Positions 59,753-64,000 of a stretch of 64,000 bases of DNA are shown here, piece after piece. A program made the position numbers and the translations under genes. The stretch comes from the human T2T-CHM13v2.0 reference genome, Homo sapiens, in assembly GCF_009914755.1 (NCBI RefSeq), contig NC_060945.1. One strand, written 5' to 3'. Numbering within the stretch: the stretch's first letter is position 1; every line of letters begins with the position of its first letter. The notes below the pieces were generated by a model, which was given only the letters and a program-made list of their open reading frames with translations, was not told the origin of the DNA and ran no database searches.

Positions 59753-60768
59753 TTACATTTTGGCATGATTTTGCAGCGGCTGGTACCGGTTGTTCCTTTC
59801 CATGTTTAGTGCTTCCTTCAGGAGCTCTTTTAGGGCAGGCCTGGTGGTGACAAAATCTCTCAGCAGTTGCTTGTCTGTAAAGTATTTTATTTCTCCTTCA
59901 CTTATGAAGCTTAGTTTGGCTGGATATGAAATTCTGGGTTGAAAATTCTTTTCTTTAAGAATGTTGAATATTGGCCCCCACTCTCTTCTGGCTTGTAGAG
60001 TTTCTGCCGAGATATCTGCTGTTAGTCTGATGGGCTTCCCTTTGAGGGTAACCCAACCTTTCTCTCTGGCTGCCCTTAACATTTTTTCCTTCGTTTCAAC
60101 TTTGGTGAATCTGACAATTATGTGTCTTGGAGTTGCTCTTCTCGAGGAGTATCTTTGTGGTGTTCTCTGTATTTCCTGAATCTGAATGTTGGCTTGCCTT
60201 GCTAGATTGGGGTAGTTCTCCTGGATAATATCCTGCAGAGTGTTTTCCAACTTGGTTCCATTCTCCCCGTCACTTTCAGGTACACCAATCAGATGTAGAT
60301 TTGGTCTTTTCACATAGTCCCATATTTCTTGGAGGCTTTGCTCGTTTCTTTTTATTCTTTTTTCTCTAAACTTCTCTTCTCGCTTCATTTCATTCATTTC
60401 ATCTTCCACTGCTCATACCCTTTCTTCCAGTTGATCGCATTGGCTCCTGAGGCTTCTGCATTCTTCACGTAGTTCTCGAGCCTTGGTTTTCAGCTCCATC
60501 AGCTCCTTTAAGCACTTCTCTGTATTGGTTATTCTAGTTATACATTCTTCTAAATTTTTTTCAAAGTTTTCAACTTCTTTGCCTTTGGTTTGAATGTCCT
60601 CCCGTAGCTCAGAGTAATTTGATCGTCTGAAGCCTTCTTCTCTCAGCTCGTCAAAGTCATTCTCGTCCAGCTTTGTTCCGTTGCTGGTGAGGAACTGCGT
60701 TCCTTTGGAGGAGGAGAGGCGCTCTGCTTTTTAGAGTTTCCAGTTTTTCTGCTCTGTTTTTTCCCCAT
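59753..60768 (-). pseudogene. LINE-1 ORF1, disrupted
   Basis: ATG at 60768 (MGKKQ); 1016 nt versus canonical 1017; 1-nt deletion at ~60664 (QSWT|RMTLTS*) and TCA>TGA stop at 60413-60415. Confidence 0.92.
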
Positions 60769-61676
60769 CTTTGTGGTTTTATCTACTTTTGGTCTTTGAT
60801 GATGGTGATGTACAGATGGGTTTTTGGTGTGGATGTCCTTTCTGTTTGTTAGTTTTCCTTCTAACACACAGGACCCTCAGCTGCAGGTCTGTTGGAGTAC
60901 CCAGCCATGTGAGGTGTCAGTCTGCCCCTGCTGGGGGGTGCCTTCCAGTTAGGCTGCTCGGGGGTCAGGGGTCAGGGACCCACTTGAGGAGGCAGTCTGC
61001 CCGTTCTCAGATCTCTAGCTGCGTGCTGGGAGAACCACTGCTCTCTTCAAAGCTGTCAGACAGGGACATTTAAGTCTGCAGAGGTTACTGCTATCTTTTG
61101 GTTTGTTTGTGCCCTGCCTCCAGAGGTGGAGCCTACAGAGGCAGGCAGGCCTCCTTGAGCTGTGGTGGGCTTTACCCAGTTCGAGCTTCCCCACTGCTTT
61201 GTTTACTTAAGCAAGCCTGGGCAATGGCGGGCGCCCCTCCCCCAGCCTCGCTGCTGCCTTGCAGTTTGATCTCAGACTGCTGTGCTAGCAATCAGCCAGT
61301 CTCCGTGGGTGTAGGACCCTCCGAGCCATGTGCGGGATATAATCTCCTGGTGTGCCGTTTTTTAAGCCCGTCGGAAAAGCGCAGTATTCGGGTGGGAGTG
61401 ACCTGATTTTCCAGGTGCCCTCTGTCACCACTTTCTTTGACTAGGAAAGGGAACTCCCTGACCCCTTGCGCTTCCCAAGCGAGGCAATGCCTCGCCCTGC
61501 TTCGGCTCGCGAACAGTGCGCGCATCCACTGACCTGCGCCCACTGTCTGGCACTCCCTAGTAAGATGAACCCGGTACCTCAGATGGAAATGCAGAAATCA
61601 TCCATCTTCTGTGTCGCTCACGCTGGGAGCTGTAGACCGGAGCTGTTCCTATTCAGCCATCTTGGCTCCTCCGCTC
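60769..61676 (-). promoter_or_regulatory. L1 5'UTR internal sense promoter and antisense promoter
   Basis: CpG-rich 5'UTR; the YY1 motif reads caagatggctg (canonical caagatggccg). Confidence 0.8.
61224..61406 (+). pseudogene. L1 ORF0, truncated to 60 aa
   Basis: MAGAPPPASLLPCSLISDCC...RVGVT*; CGA>TGA where the canonical 71-aa ORF0 continues RFSR. Confidence 0.8.
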
Positions 61677-62478
61677 TGAAATGTGTTTTCTAACTTGTAT
61701 GTTTCTCCCTGTCCCTTTCAGGGATTGCAATGATTTATAGATTTCCCTCTTTACATAATCCCATATTTCTCAGAGGTTTTGTTTGTTCCTTTTTATTCTT
61801 TTTTATTTGATTTTGTCTGACTGTCTTATTTCAGAGAGCCAATCTTCAAGTTCTGAGGTTCCTTCCTCAGCTTGGCTTATTCTGCTGTTAATATTTGTGA
61901 TTGCATTGTAAAATTCTTGTAGAGTGGTTTTCAGCTCTATCAGATTACTTAGCTTCTTTTTTATATTGGCTAATTTTTCTGTCCTATATTGTTTTATTGT
62001 GATTCTTATTTTGCTTGAATTGGGTTTTGCCATACTCTTGAATATTGATAATCTTAATTTCTATCCATATTCTGAATTATATTTCTGACATTTCAGCCAA
62101 CTCGGCCTGGTTAAGAATCCTCTTTGGGGAACCAGTGTGATCATTTGGAGGACATAAGACACCCTGGCCATTTGAGTTGCTGGAGTTCTTGTGTTGGTTC
62201 TTTCTCATGTCTACGTGTGGGTATTTCTTTGACTGCTGGGTTGCCTCTAATTAAAGTGGTCAGGCAGAGGAAGAGTGGTTGTGTTGGAGTCCCAGGCTCA
62301 GCAGCCCTGCTCAGTGAGAAGTGAGGACCAGGACCTATGTGGAGCACAGTCTGGCCACTTTTCCATGAGGTGGGTGCTTTGTGCTGGGAGTCCAGATCAG
62401 CCCCTGGTCCCCATGGCTCTCTGGAGCCTGAAGACAGCAAGGGCAAGGGCTGTGAGATGGAAAACATGGTAACCCATC

Positions 62479-62862
62479 TATATTAGTTCATTCTTGCACT
62501 GCTTTAAAAAAGTACCTGAAACTGTGTAATTTATAAAGAAAACACATGTAATTGGCTCACGGTTCTGCAAGCTGTGCAGGTAGGATGGCTGGGCAGGCCT
62601 CAGGAAACTTTCAATCATGGCAGAAGGTGAAGCGGAAGCAGGCATGTCTTACATGGCTGGAGAAGAAGGAATAGAGAGAAAGGGGAGGTGCTACACAGTG
62701 TTAAATAAGTAGATCTTATGAGAACTCACTCACTATTACAAAAACAGCAAGGGGGAAGTCTGCCTCCATGATTCATTCTCCTCCCACCAGGCACCTCCTC
62801 CAACACTGGGGATAACAGTTAGACACAAGAATTGGACAGGAACACAAATCCAAACTGTATCA
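62479..62862 (-). mobile_element. MSTA/B-like MaLR solo LTR inside old L1 5'UTR
   Basis: Perfect 5-bp TSD ccatc at 62474-62478 and 62863-62867. Confidence 0.88.
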
Positions 62863-64000
62863 CCATCCCTCCCTCTGGGAGCTCTGTCTCAGGGAGTTGC
62901 AGAGCTGATACTGGCTCTATAGCCCCAGCTGGGGAGTGGCAGGAAAGCCAAGCAGAGAGGACTTGCCCAGTGAGGAGACACAAAACTGGGGACCCATGTT
63001 ACAAATAGTCTGGCTGCTGCAATATCCTGGGGGGCCTCTCCAGTCCTTAGTCACCTCATATTTTCTAGCACCTGAAGGTATCCACAGTGAAGGCTGTAAA
63101 GCCACAAAGATGGTGGCCTTCCCCTCCCTCTGGGGGCTCCATCCCAGAGAGGTACATACCTGCTGTACCCCAAATGCACCTGCAGGAGCTAGTTAGAGAC
63201 CCCATTAGGGAGATCCCACCCAGTGAGGAAAAATGGGATCCGGGACCCAGGTGAAAAAGCAGTCTGTCTGCCTCTCTGTAGAGCTGCTGTGCTGGGGGAC
63301 TGCTCCAGTCTCTAGCTGCCTTGGACTCCCTAGAGCCCAAAGGCAACAATGGCTCTAGCTAAGGCTGTGAAACAGCAAATATGGCAGCCTGCCCCTTCCC
63401 CTGGGAGCCCCATCTCAGGGAGGTGTAATGCTGCTACCACCAGTGGCTGGCTGGAGTTAGAAGCCACTGGGTCTTATCCTGTGAGGGGCCTTGTAAGGGG
63501 GGCCTGCAGACCATAGCTGCTCAGCCCCCTGGATTCAGTTTGTTTCCTAGGAGTATGCGCAGGAGTCTAACTTCTCACTTTGCTGGAGTTGCAGCTGCTT
63601 TTTCTGGGAAGCCGAGATATTTAAAGCTCCTGGGGCTCCACGTGTGCCTGAACAGCTGCTCTGCCAAGACTCCACACAGCACTGCGTGTCAGACTGCAGA
63701 CCCTGGTGGAGTGTGTTCATAACGGAATCTCCTGACCTGAGGGTTGCAGAGAACCGTAGGAGAAGTGTGGGCCCCCAGGGTTGCTTACTCACTCACCATT
63801 TCCCTGGGCAGGCGAGGCTCCCCTGGCTCCGTGTGACTGTCAGGTGGGCAGTTGTCCTGTCTTCCCTCCATTCTCTGTGGGTTATTTTCTTGATGAATCC
63901 CATGTGTTTACAAGGATGTTGAAGGTGCTGTATTCACTTCCTCTTTCTATTTTTCTCCATGAGAGAAAGGCATACTAGCTGCTTCTAGCTGGCCACCTTG

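Noticed and set aside
59753-60409. 218-aa ORF as an independent gene
   Set aside because: It is the C-terminal remnant of L1 ORF1 downstream of a nonsense codon.

Overview
This is eukaryotic, AT-rich, gene-poor primate (probably human) DNA dominated by retroelements; no spliced host gene can be supported. The main items are: (1) an intronless cyclophilin A (PPIA) retrocopy with an intact 165-aa ORF and perfect 15-bp TSD (43373-44130, +); (2) a full-length L1PA2/PA3-type LINE-1 (55623-61676, -) with an intact 1275-aa ORF2 but a doubly broken ORF1; (3) an older full-length L1 (49531-64000) hosting that element and five other insertions, including an unexplained 504-bp polyadenylated, TSD-flanked, non-repeat insert (54134-54637) carrying a splice acceptor and poly(A) signal; (4) a 33-nt tailless U2 snRNA pseudogene with 17-bp TSD; (5) two non-tandem local duplications of 105 and 135 bp; (6) a complete THE1-type MaLR provirus, two twin-primed L1s, Alus, solo LTRs, a Tigger2a and ancient MIR/L2/L1M relics. 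Repeat subfamily names and reference comparisons come from remembered consensus sequences and need RepeatMasker/BLAT confirmation. Nearly all short ORFs in the supplied track are incidental or repeat-derived.
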